Below, piece by piece: positions 49,924-58,831 of a stretch of DNA of 64,000 nucleotides. The DNA comes from Candidatus Dojkabacteria bacterium (GTDB taxonomy: Bacteria > Patescibacteriota > Dojkabacteria > SC72). Both the position numbers and the translations under genes were made by a program. Positions within the stretch are counted from its first letter, which is position 1. Every line of letters begins with the position of its first letter. The notes beneath the pieces were generated by a model. The model saw nothing but the letters and a program-made list of their open reading frames with translations. It did no database searches and had not been told where the DNA came from. Where the stretch lies: assembly GCA_050950165.1 (NCBI GenBank), contig JBMNHC010000001.1, positions 124,673 to 188,672 on the forward strand, in the 5' to 3' direction.

Positions 49924-50673
49924 TTACTTAAGATACTCATCTAGAACCTCAACAAAAGACTCATATGGGTATGCCCCCGCTATTAACTTACCTCTAACAT
50001 TTCCATCCTTATCCAATACACCTACAATGAATCCTGGAGTACCCTGAACACCAGCAGCTGTTCCATCTGTAAAACCTTTATCAACCTGAGCCTTATATTT
50101 AAGAGAGCTCATACATGTTTCTAGCTTACCTATATCTATTCCACCAATATCCTTAGCTACACTAGCTAATTGCTCATTAGATGTTAACATATATGCCTTA
50201 GATATATACTCCGCAAACTTCTCTAGACCCCCTATCTCATTCACACACAGTACTGCATTAGCTGTATCTATAGCTAGCTGACCATGAAAATCTAAAGGAA
50301 AACTCCTAAATACATATATTGCCTTATCCTTATTTACATAGTTATCAATTAATTTACCCTTAACCTCTTGACTATGTCTTTGACAGAAAGAACACTGATA
50401 ATCTGTAAACTCAACAATAGCTACCTTAGCCTTCTTAATATTACCCAAATATGGATCATCTCCAATTACAGTCTCTGCTGCAACAAACTCATCTTGTGCA
50501 ACAGCTCCTTTATTTTCAGGATCTTGTATTTCAGAAGTTTTATCCTTCTTATTCGAAATCAATATTGCTCCTGCTATCAATAAACCCGCTACTATAATAG
50601 CGAAGGGGATAACAAATGAACCTAAATCAATCACTATCTCATCGTTCTTTTCTACTTCCTTGCTTTTTGCCAT
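49924..50673 (-). CDS. DsbA-family thiol-disulfide oxidoreductase
   Basis: N-terminal TM; EFTDYQCSFC, FPL, GVQGTP and GAYPY. Confidence 0.9.
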   Translation of the reverse strand: MAKSKEVEKNDEIVIDLGSFVIPFAIIVAGLLIAGAILISNKKDKTSEIQDPENKGAVAQDEFVAAETVIGDDPYLGNIKKAKVAIVEFTDYQCSFCQRHSQEVKGKLIDNYVNKDKAIYVFRSFPLDFHGQLAIDTANAVLCVNEIGGLEKFAEYISKAYMLTSNEQLASVAKDIGGIDIGKLETCMSSLKYKAQVDKGFTDGTAAGVQGTPGFIVGVLDKDGNVRGKLIAGAYPYESFVEVLDEYLK

Positions 50674-50769
50674 TAGATAAAGAATAAAATATTAAGTATA
50701 TAGAACGGTTAGATAATATTTTAATTATCTAACTATGTCAAACTAAAAGATATGATATACTAAAAACAG

Positions 50770-51600
50770 ATGAAACAGTACAACAGAAGTGAGAAAAGAA
50801 GCACTATTATAAACCTACTACTATCCATAGCACTTATCTTTGTACTCTTAACTCTTGTATATCTCTCATACAAAATCTTTTTTACAAAAACAGAAACTTC
50901 GGAAGAACAAACAGTAGAAACTTCTGTACAACAGACAGAAGAGATTCCTGAACCTGAAGAGAAATATTTAGAATTCTTTCCGATAATAGAGGGACAACAA
51001 GCATATGTTGGAGTATCAGATAGGATAGATGAAAAGAAACCCCCTACATTAATCATCTATAGCCACGGATCAAATACTACTGTTACACAGAATATGCAAG
51101 ACCCATTCATGCTAGATTTACAAGCATATGGTCAATATTTTACAAAACACAACTATATATTCGCAGCATCTAATCAACATGGAGTAAACTGGGGAAACCA
51201 AGCATCTATAAAAGATACATTACTTCTTAAAGAGTGGGTTGATCAAAACTATTCAATAAAATCGAAGATATATCTAATAGGGTTTAGTATGGGAGGATTA
51301 CCTACAATAAATTTTACAACACAGTATCCCGAACTAGTATCTAAAGTAGCTCTACTTGCTCCTACAACTAAAGTTCCTACTTGGAATCAAGCTAGAGCAG
51401 ATAAAATAATGGATATAGATATAAAGATATGGCATGGGAATGCAGATGTTAATGTCCCATACAACTATACTGCAAACTTTGTAAAAAGATTAAAAACATT
51501 GGGTAAAGAGATACCACTAATCACACTTGAAGGCAAAGGGCACTTTGATATAGATACAGAATATATGGAAGATATTTTAACTTTCTTTGATAGCAAGTAA
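50770..51600 (+). CDS. Membrane-anchored alpha/beta hydrolase
   Basis: HG, GFSMGG nucleophile elbow, HG.AD..V and GH. Confidence 0.85.
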   Translation: MKQYNRSEKRSTIINLLLSIALIFVLLTLVYLSYKIFFTKTETSEEQTVETSVQQTEEIPEPEEKYLEFFPIIEGQQAYVGVSDRIDEKKPPTLIIYSHGSNTTVTQNMQDPFMLDLQAYGQYFTKHNYIFAASNQHGVNWGNQASIKDTLLLKEWVDQNYSIKSKIYLIGFSMGGLPTINFTTQYPELVSKVALLAPTTKVPTWNQARADKIMDIDIKIWHGNADVNVPYNYTANFVKRLKTLGKEIPLITLEGKGHFDIDTEYMEDILTFFDSK

Positions 51601-51957
51601 ATCCTCAACCTCATCTAAAGAGAGATTCTTTGAACTATCATATACAGGTACAATATGTGCATGATAGTGAAACACTACCTGACCAGCTGCCTCCCCATTA
51701 TTCTGTCTAATATATATACCATCAGGTTTAAGTATCTCCTTTACTCTCGTAGAAACTATCTTTATTACCTTACCAATATCTCCCATCTCTTTTTCGGATA
51801 TCTCAAAAACATCACTAGAGTGCTTCTTAGGAACTACCAAAATATGACCAGCAGATATTGGATTAATATCTAAAAAAGCTAATACCTTTTTATCCTCATA
51901 TATCTTCTTAGAAGGAACCTCTCCCTCTACTATCTTACAAAAAATACATTCATTCAT
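51577..51957 (-). CDS. HIT-family nucleotide hydrolase
   Basis: CIFCKI, AFLDINP...GH and HYHAH. Confidence 0.93.
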   Translation of the reverse strand: MNECIFCKIVEGEVPSKKIYEDKKVLAFLDINPISAGHILVVPKKHSSDVFEISEKEMGDIGKVIKIVSTRVKEILKPDGIYIRQNNGEAAGQVVFHYHAHIVPVYDSSKNLSLDEVEDLLAIKES

Positions 51958-51961
51958 ATTA

Positions 51962-52552
51962 CTAAAGATGATATATTACTACTCTACTCCAAAAAGTTAG
52001 AGTCTCACTATTCGTCTTAAGGTAATCTAAACTAACAAACCCTATCTCTTCTAACCCTTCTTCCTTAATATGTACATCTACTCCATCTAAATCGTAGAGA
52101 TAGAAGAGACCTACATGTACATGATTAACAGGATTACTATCTTCAATATATACTAAACCCAAAAACTCTTTATCAACAATATTTGACCTTAAATCTACCT
52201 CCTCATTCAATTCTCTATCTAGACCAACCTCAAAAATATTTTTACCTTTTACTAAATCAAACTCTTCAATATGACCACCTAATGCTAAAGGACAGAGAGA
52301 ATTTAACCTCTTTTCAGATTTATCTACCTGTTTATGTAAAAAATATTTATCCTTGTACCTCAATATTACTTGAGCAATAATTTGCTTGTAGGAAGGATCT
52401 TCTTCTAGCTCTTTTCTAACTCTAAATTCACTCCCCTCATTTAAAATCTTTACATACTCATCCAGATTCTCACTCTGAAGACCACTCCATTTACCCAAGC
52501 TAAATAGCTTCCCACTACTTATACAAAGTATCTTTTCATCAAGTTTAGCCAT
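51962..52552 (-). CDS. NUDIX-family phosphoesterase
   Basis: E.DPSYKQ.I, GGHI...RELNEE and VHVG. Confidence 0.8.
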   Translation of the reverse strand: MAKLDEKILCISSGKLFSLGKWSGLQSENLDEYVKILNEGSEFRVRKELEEDPSYKQIIAQVILRYKDKYFLHKQVDKSEKRLNSLCPLALGGHIEEFDLVKGKNIFEVGLDRELNEEVDLRSNIVDKEFLGLVYIEDSNPVNHVHVGLFYLYDLDGVDVHIKEEGLEEIGFVSLDYLKTNSETLTFWSRVVIYHL

Positions 52553-52554
52553 AG

Positions 52555-52758
52555 TTATTCCTCTATCTCAATTGCAATTACAGAACATAGATCACGAGCT
52601 TCTAATACCTTAGCTTCTAGTTCTGCAGGAATATCTTTTCCTTTCCACTCCTCCTTTACATCTACTGTGCCATCTTCTTTAAGTTCAAAAACTTCAGGAC
52701 ATATGGCTACACATGAACCACATGCTACACATTTACTTTGATCTATAGATACTTTCAT
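52555..52758 (-). CDS. Single-cluster ferredoxin
   Basis: CVACGSCVAICPEVF ... C...AI. Confidence 0.9.
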   Translation of the reverse strand: MKVSIDQSKCVACGSCVAICPEVFELKEDGTVDVKEEWKGKDIPAELEAKVLEARDLCSVIAIEIEE

Positions 52759-52812
52759 AACCAAAATTATTAACTTAGATATATTTCATTTTTTCAGATA
52801 TTAGAGAATATA

Positions 52813-53038
52813 TCAACCGTTAGGAAATGGAGTATGTATCGATACATACCCCATATCAGTGGAAATGCCTTTCACACTGCCTAACAGGTTGTTCGACTAA
52901 AGAAAACGTCTTTTCTTTAGTACTTTGTACTAGCGATCAACTAGTACAAAGGTTCTATTTAGGTCGGTTCAAGAAAAAACCGACCTGTGCTGGCCGGTTG
53001 TAATTCGTCATATGACGCAAGGCGTTGTTGCTATACCC
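52813..53038 (-). ncRNA. Unassigned highly structured RNA (or ssDNA) element
   Basis: Seven helices in ~225 nt; one G-U pair works only on the minus strand; TGGTATAAAT promoter-like motif immediately upstream on the minus strand. Confidence 0.65.
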
Positions 53039-53070
53039 ATTTATACCAAATTTTACTCTTTTTATCAACT

Positions 53071-53472
53071 TTAACTCCTAAACCTCACCAACCCTCTCTC
53101 TCCAACAATATCAAAGCCAAACTCTTCAGCAAGATCAGTAAGTAAGATACCTGAAGATGCTAACATCTCAGATGGCTTAGTTCCTCCATCTAACGCTTCT
53201 TTAACTTCAATAGCTGGAATCCCTAAGGTAATACTTAGCATATTAGCCATTTTAAACCCTTCCTCTTCAACTTCTACATATTCATCTCTTACCCTTAACG
53301 AATCTTCTAAATTAAACTCTTCACCTAAGAAAGACTCAGAAGAAATATATTCAGAAAAGATTGCAGAAGGGGCATCATTAGAAAACTTTAATGGGTTAAT
53401 AGCAGTAAAAAGCGCAAACCCAAAAACCGAAACGAAGATAGAAAGGATAATAACTCTCTCTTTGTTTGTCAT
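53071..53472 (-). CDS. Hypothetical membrane-anchored protein
   Basis: N-terminal TM helix and acidic helical C-terminus. Confidence 0.6.
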   Translation of the reverse strand: MTNKERVIILSIFVSVFGFALFTAINPLKFSNDAPSAIFSEYISSESFLGEEFNLEDSLRVRDEYVEVEEEGFKMANMLSITLGIPAIEVKEALDGGTKPSEMLASSGILLTDLAEEFGFDIVGERGLVRFRS

Positions 53473-53745
53473 ATTAAATATACATGACAATTTATCTCTA
53501 TTAAATGTTAAGTAAAAGAAGAGGCAAAATCTACTATAATTATGTTATAGCCTAGTTATATACACATCTTAAAACGGACTACAGACCTTTAAGGGAGAGG
53601 ATTACTCTTAAACAAGAGTAGACTATAAGACAGGGAGGCAACAGAGTATGTTATAAACTATAAAATCGTTAGTAATTTTACCTTTATTGTAACAATAATT
53701 TTTACCAACTGATTAAAGAGATTCTCCATGTCTACCAATTTCACC

Positions 53746-56241
53746 TTATTCATACCTCAAAACTTCACTTGGCTTTGTCTTTAATGAATTCTTAGAAACA
53801 AAATACACAATCAACATAACTAAGGTAACGATTATGATATTCCATATAATAGAACCGTTCACATCAAAGAAGAATCTCTTTCCATTTATATCAAAAAGCT
53901 TCTTTCCAAACCTCCTGGCAAATAGAACAACACCGTAAACTGTAGATGTAGCAAATATAGAGGTGATTACAGACATAATAGAGTATTCAAAAATAACCAT
54001 AGAAGTAACCTCACCCTGCTTAAAACCAATAGTCTTCAAAATTGCAAAATCCCTTTTCTTTGAAACTACATCTAAAATTGTAACTGTAGCTATCAATATA
54101 ATACCTGCAAGAAGAGCTAAAGAAGCTATACTTGTTGTAAATTTAATTGTTAGATTTAGGACAAGATTTGTTATATTCTCAATATCCTTTTCTGTGAATA
54201 TATATCCATCTTGCATATCAGCTAAACTCTTCGTAAATTCGTCCATCTTAGACATATTAATACCTACCCAGCTCTCTTCAACAAACTTCTCAGAAAAATA
54301 TTTATCGAAGGTACTCCTAGTGACAACAAGAAAGCCACTATTTGCAGATGTTTCTGAAACAACTAAAGACTCATAAATATTCTTTTGATCAAATTGATAG
54401 TATCCTTTTACAGGCAAGACAACCTCTCTATCCATGTAAGGAATATTAATTATGTCACCAAAAGAAAGCATATCTTTGTAATCCTCTGGAATCAAGACAC
54501 CTTCATCTGTTAAGCTACCTTCTACAATATTGAATACTTCAGATGCAGACATCACTCCAGTATGAGGGAATGTCTCTGAATACTTCATTGGAACGAACCT
54601 AAATACAGTAGTACTCTTTTTAATATCTGCAGAGAAAGAATTAATCTTCTCTTCTACTAAATTATCTTTAGGTGTATGCCTTTTAACAACAAGATTGTAA
54701 TCTCCACCATCAACATGTTCGTATTCATCAGTAGAATACTTCTTCGATGAATATATCATTGTACCAATCATAAGAACTGCAAACATTCCAATAAATATAG
54801 CAATCATTGGTAATACGGTCTTTTTGTAATTCAATCTTAAATTACCCCAAGCCAACTCTATACCGTTTCTTGTCCTAACAGGAATTTTTACAATTAAGAA
54901 GAATATTAATCTGAATATTAAGGAGAAGATCACTATTCCAACAGCAACAAGAGCAACTGCTCCTACTCCATACTCAACAGATTTTGTTAAGAAGATACTA
55001 ATACCAGAGAATATAACTGTAATTACTAAGAACCTAAGGAAATTTCTTCCTTTCTGATCTATCTTTTCAGTATATTCTAAATCTTTCAATGCATACACTG
55101 GTTTAATCTCTGCCACCCTATTTATTGTAATAAATGCAAAGAGAATTGAAGATACAATACTAACAACAAATGAAATTAGTGCCTCAACAATTGAGAAGCT
55201 GTTATCTAGATATATTGCTTCAGCTCCAGCTAGAGATAAAGATGAAATGATATCTACCAAATAGTAGAAGAAGAAATACCCTATCCCTATACCTAAAATA
55301 CTTCCTAAAACCGCAATCAGAAAGATTTCAGAAAGAAGCATCTGCATTATATCCATCTTTTTAAAACCAATGGATTTCAATATACCAATCTCTCTCTTTC
55401 TCTTTGTTACAATTGCATTTACAGAATTAGCAATACCAAAACTTCCTACAAAAAGTCCAATGATACTTAAACCTCTGATTAGACCAAAAGCCATCTTATT
55501 GCCTTTCTCTATTCTCTCCTCTGTATCAGTAGCTGTATCAACATTTCCAAATTCAGAGAGTCTACTCTTAATTTCTTCTTCATCTCCATCCATAAATACA
55601 GTATATATAAAGCCTACAGCTTCAATACTACCTTTATTTATAAAAACGTTTGTATAATTCCCTACATATTCACTTAGAAGACCTACAATTTTGAATGTAT
55701 ATTTATCAAAAAGAGTTTCTGAAGCAAAACTAATCTCATCACCTATCTTAACTCCTAATGTCTTTGCAAATGCTTCTGTAATAATTATCCCATCCTGATA
55801 TTTTGGTAAATCTTTTAGTGTAACTCCTTCCTTAGATGAAACTGCACTACTCTCTACAAGAGGATACTTTGTATCTTCATATACATTAATTTGTACAAAG
55901 TAATCTCCCAAATATCTTTTCAAACTCTCAGAATATATGTAGAAAGAACCGAATGGATTAGAAAGATATGTATACTGCTTAACCTTACCTTCCTTTTTTA
56001 ATTCCTCAACAACAGAAAGAACCTCATTCATATTACTTGGGGTCATAAGACTAGCATCACCTCCTACTGTCTCTCTAGCTGTTCCCATTTCAATTTGCTC
56101 AGAGACTGTATTAGAAAGAGAAAGTAAAGACATCAGACATATAGCAGAAAACATTACTGAGAGTGATATGACTACTCCCGTTACTCCAAGATATTTAAGA
56201 GAAGCTTTTGTTTTCTCTACTAAAAATTTAACCTTATTCAT
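53746..56241 (-). CDS. ABC exporter permease (duplicated FtsX/MacB-like)
   Basis: Two MacB/FtsX halves: RKREIGILKSIGF and KRDFAILKTIGF; ends KPSEVLRYE. Confidence 0.9.
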   Translation of the reverse strand: MNKVKFLVEKTKASLKYLGVTGVVISLSVMFSAICLMSLLSLSNTVSEQIEMGTARETVGGDASLMTPSNMNEVLSVVEELKKEGKVKQYTYLSNPFGSFYIYSESLKRYLGDYFVQINVYEDTKYPLVESSAVSSKEGVTLKDLPKYQDGIIITEAFAKTLGVKIGDEISFASETLFDKYTFKIVGLLSEYVGNYTNVFINKGSIEAVGFIYTVFMDGDEEEIKSRLSEFGNVDTATDTEERIEKGNKMAFGLIRGLSIIGLFVGSFGIANSVNAIVTKRKREIGILKSIGFKKMDIMQMLLSEIFLIAVLGSILGIGIGYFFFYYLVDIISSLSLAGAEAIYLDNSFSIVEALISFVVSIVSSILFAFITINRVAEIKPVYALKDLEYTEKIDQKGRNFLRFLVITVIFSGISIFLTKSVEYGVGAVALVAVGIVIFSLIFRLIFFLIVKIPVRTRNGIELAWGNLRLNYKKTVLPMIAIFIGMFAVLMIGTMIYSSKKYSTDEYEHVDGGDYNLVVKRHTPKDNLVEEKINSFSADIKKSTTVFRFVPMKYSETFPHTGVMSASEVFNIVEGSLTDEGVLIPEDYKDMLSFGDIINIPYMDREVVLPVKGYYQFDQKNIYESLVVSETSANSGFLVVTRSTFDKYFSEKFVEESWVGINMSKMDEFTKSLADMQDGYIFTEKDIENITNLVLNLTIKFTTSIASLALLAGIILIATVTILDVVSKKRDFAILKTIGFKQGEVTSMVIFEYSIMSVITSIFATSTVYGVVLFARRFGKKLFDINGKRFFFDVNGSIIWNIIIVTLVMLIVYFVSKNSLKTKPSEVLRYE

Positions 56242-56908
56242 ATTTGATAATTCCATCAGAGATTTTAATTATTCGGTCTGCAAGTGATGCAACTTCTTTA
56301 CTGTGTGTTGCCATGATAATAGTTAGTTGCATTTCTTTGCTAATTTTCTGAATAAGGTCTAGAATCGCTTTCCCTGTTTTACTATCAAGATTTCCTGTTG
56401 GTTCATCTGCAATTAGTATCTTAGGCTTATTTATTAAAGCTCTTGCAATTGCTACTCTCTGTTGTTCACCTCCTGACATCTCACCTGGTCTATGTTTCTC
56501 CCTTTCAGAAAGTCCCACAAGTTCTAACATTTCTCTTGCTTTCTCATCCATTACATTTGATGAAAGTCTACTTCTTCCTGCATACAGTGGTGCTTTTACA
56601 TTCTGTATTGCATCTAGACTTGGGATTAGATTATACGCTTGAAACACTATTCCAATATTTTCATTCCTAAATACAGAGAGTTCATCTTCTGTTTTCTTAG
56701 ATATATCTTCAGTATCTATGATAATTTCACCAGATGTTGGAGAATCTATACCTGCTAGTATTCCTAGTAATGTTGATTTACCTGATCCTGAAGAACCCAT
56801 AATTGCAACGAATTCATCATCTTTAATTTCAAGATCTATTCCTTTTAATACTTCAACTTTTTCTTTGTTTAGTTGAAAGTCTTTTTTAATGTTTTTTAGT
56901 ATTATCAT
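56234..56908 (-). CDS. ABC transporter ATP-binding protein (LolD/MacB-like)
   Basis: GSSGSGKST, MSGGEQQRVAIARAL, ADEPTGNLD and TH. Confidence 0.95.
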   Translation of the reverse strand: MIILKNIKKDFQLNKEKVEVLKGIDLEIKDDEFVAIMGSSGSGKSTLLGILAGIDSPTSGEIIIDTEDISKKTEDELSVFRNENIGIVFQAYNLIPSLDAIQNVKAPLYAGRSRLSSNVMDEKAREMLELVGLSEREKHRPGEMSGGEQQRVAIARALINKPKILIADEPTGNLDSKTGKAILDLIQKISKEMQLTIIMATHSKEVASLADRIIKISDGIIKYE

Positions 56909-56968
56909 TATATTTTTTGTTTAAGTTATTTACCAATTTAGGAACAATAGTTACTCTAGCATAAATTG

Positions 56969-56995
56969 AAAAAACAACCATCACTTTATAGTTGC
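56969..56995 (-). terminator. Possible intrinsic terminator after tRNA-Pro
   Basis: Minus strand GCAACTAT-AAAGTG-ATGGTTGT followed by TTTTT. Confidence 0.45.
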
Positions 56996-57062
56996 AGCTT
57001 GTAAACTCGTGGTTGCCCTCTGTACAAAACTTTGTAGGATATTTCTAAAAATTGCATTGTTC

Positions 57063-57139
57063 TGGTCGGGGTGACACGACTTGAACGTGCGACCTCTTGC
57101 ACCCCATGCAAGCGTTCTAGCCATCTGAACTACACCCCG
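57063..57139 (-). tRNA. tRNA-Pro(GGG), CCA encoded
   Basis: Reverse complement CGGGGTGTAGTTCAGATGGCTAGAACG CTTGC-ATGGGGT-GCAAG AGGTC GCACG-TTCAAGT-CGTGT CACCCCG ACCA. Confidence 0.96.
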
Positions 57140-57156
57140 TACACAAAGACATTATA

Positions 57157-57735
57157 CTAAAGCCCTATTTCACCAGCAATACTATTCATCTGCTCAAGAG
57201 CAATCTCTATAAATCTCTCAAGAGATATACCTGCTTTTTCAATATCATAAATATACTCTCTGTTAACAGCCTTAGCAAAATCTTTCTTTTTAAGTTTCTT
57301 AATTACACTCTCTACAGATACACTACTAATCTTTTTATCTGGTTGTACTAATGCACAAGCTACTAAGAAACCACTTAAATTCTCTGATGCTGATAAAGCA
57401 AAATCTAATTTACTCTCTCTCCTTTGCTCTATCTTAGGATGCTCCTCATAGTGAGATTTAATAGCATGATAGACTTCGTTAGAAATATCTCTCCCAACCT
57501 CTATACCTTCTTTCTTCAAGAGGATATCAAACTCTACTACATGCCTCTGTGGATCTTTCTCGACATAGTCATAGTCTAAATCATGTAGTAGCCCTGCAAT
57601 ACCCCACTCATCTTCATTTTCACCTAACTCTTTTGCTAAACCTCTCATGATAACTTCTGTTTCCCTCATATGAAGTTTTAACCAAGGAGTAGTAATATAT
57701 TTGTTTAACAGTTTTTCTGCTGTATCTCTATTCAT
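57157..57735 (-). CDS. HD-domain metal-dependent phosphohydrolase
   Basis: H...E..M, GLLHDLD, SH and KKLKKKDFA..V.R. Confidence 0.88.
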   Translation of the reverse strand: MNRDTAEKLLNKYITTPWLKLHMRETEVIMRGLAKELGENEDEWGIAGLLHDLDYDYVEKDPQRHVVEFDILLKKEGIEVGRDISNEVYHAIKSHYEEHPKIEQRRESKLDFALSASENLSGFLVACALVQPDKKISSVSVESVIKKLKKKDFAKAVNREYIYDIEKAGISLERFIEIALEQMNSIAGEIGL

Positions 57736-57738
57736 ATA

Positions 57739-58740
57739 CTATCTTGTCTTAATCTCAACTAACACCTGGTTAGGACTCTGAGATGCACTTAATTTAAAAG
57801 GCTTACTTCCTCCAATACCACCAAACTTGTATACAGATTCTTTTCCTACTCTAGATACAGAAGCCTGTATTCCTGCAGGTAGAGAAATTGTAGATGCCCA
57901 ACCAGACACCTTATCCGATTCTAAAGAAGGAAATCTTACTACCAAGATATTTTCTGAATCATATTCTGCTTCAACAGAAGGTATTGGATTAGAAGTACCA
58001 CTTGCTACTGAAAAAACAAACTTCAATACCCCACCAGAGAAACTGTAAGAGTAAGAGGATATCCTAGCACCATCTGAAGCCTGCATACCAGATATTTTCT
58101 GAATATCACTTCCAAACTCTGTACTACCGAAATCTACAGTAGGTGGAGAATATTTAAAATCGTAAGAAACCTTAACTGATATATTCCATACACCACTATC
58201 CACTTCCTCTTGCTCTAATTTAAGAAGATTACTACCTAAAAACCCTACCTCATATATTGATGTCTTTTCTTGAGATGTCACAGCCCTATATATTCTTGTA
58301 ATGGCTCCCTTATCAACCTCTATACTCTTTTGATATCCCAAATTACTGTTATCCTTTACAACCCCCTTTATACTAACCCTATACACCCCTCTATCCAATA
58401 CTGGCTCTACTAACACATATGGAACTGGAGACTCTGATGTAGAAGATATCTTAAAAAGGAAAAGATGATACCCACTCTCCTGACTATCTTCTAACCCATC
58501 TATCGTATACTCTCCATCAGATATCTCTCCTACACTCTGTTTACTTTTACTAAACTCCTCTGGATTAGAAAGATATCCCAAGTCATCACTTTTAGGTGTA
58601 TCTACTTTCTTCTCAGTTTCTTTCTTCTCCGAACCAACAAATTCTATCTTAGAAGAGTCATAGTCTGTTTTTTTAGTACAACCTGTTAAAAGAAGAGAAG
58701 CTAGTATTAACAACGGAATGTATAGTAGATATCTTTTCAT
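57739..58740 (-). CDS. Hypothetical lipoprotein with two beta-rich repeats
   Basis: Lipobox LLTGC; FSKSKQSV and FGSDIQKI start similar domains. Confidence 0.7.
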   Translation of the reverse strand: MKRYLLYIPLLILASLLLTGCTKKTDYDSSKIEFVGSEKKETEKKVDTPKSDDLGYLSNPEEFSKSKQSVGEISDGEYTIDGLEDSQESGYHLFLFKISSTSESPVPYVLVEPVLDRGVYRVSIKGVVKDNSNLGYQKSIEVDKGAITRIYRAVTSQEKTSIYEVGFLGSNLLKLEQEEVDSGVWNISVKVSYDFKYSPPTVDFGSTEFGSDIQKISGMQASDGARISSYSYSFSGGVLKFVFSVASGTSNPIPSVEAEYDSENILVVRFPSLESDKVSGWASTISLPAGIQASVSRVGKESVYKFGGIGGSKPFKLSASQSPNQVLVEIKTR

Positions 58741-58831
58741 AAAGATATTATTTAAAACTTAATATATTAGAATGTTAACATTATACAAATCTAATGGTAA
58801 ATTATACTAACTAAATATATATCTATAAAGA

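Noticed and set aside
52990-53040. yybP-ykoY (Mn2+) riboswitch resemblance (GGGTATAGC, CGTCA, CCGGC)
   Set aside because: It lacks the GGGGAGUA loop and the expected P3 pairing fails; kept as an unassigned structure.
53746-57139. ABC pair as an island integrated at tRNA-Pro
   Set aside because: No integrase and no duplicated tRNA 3' end found in the window.
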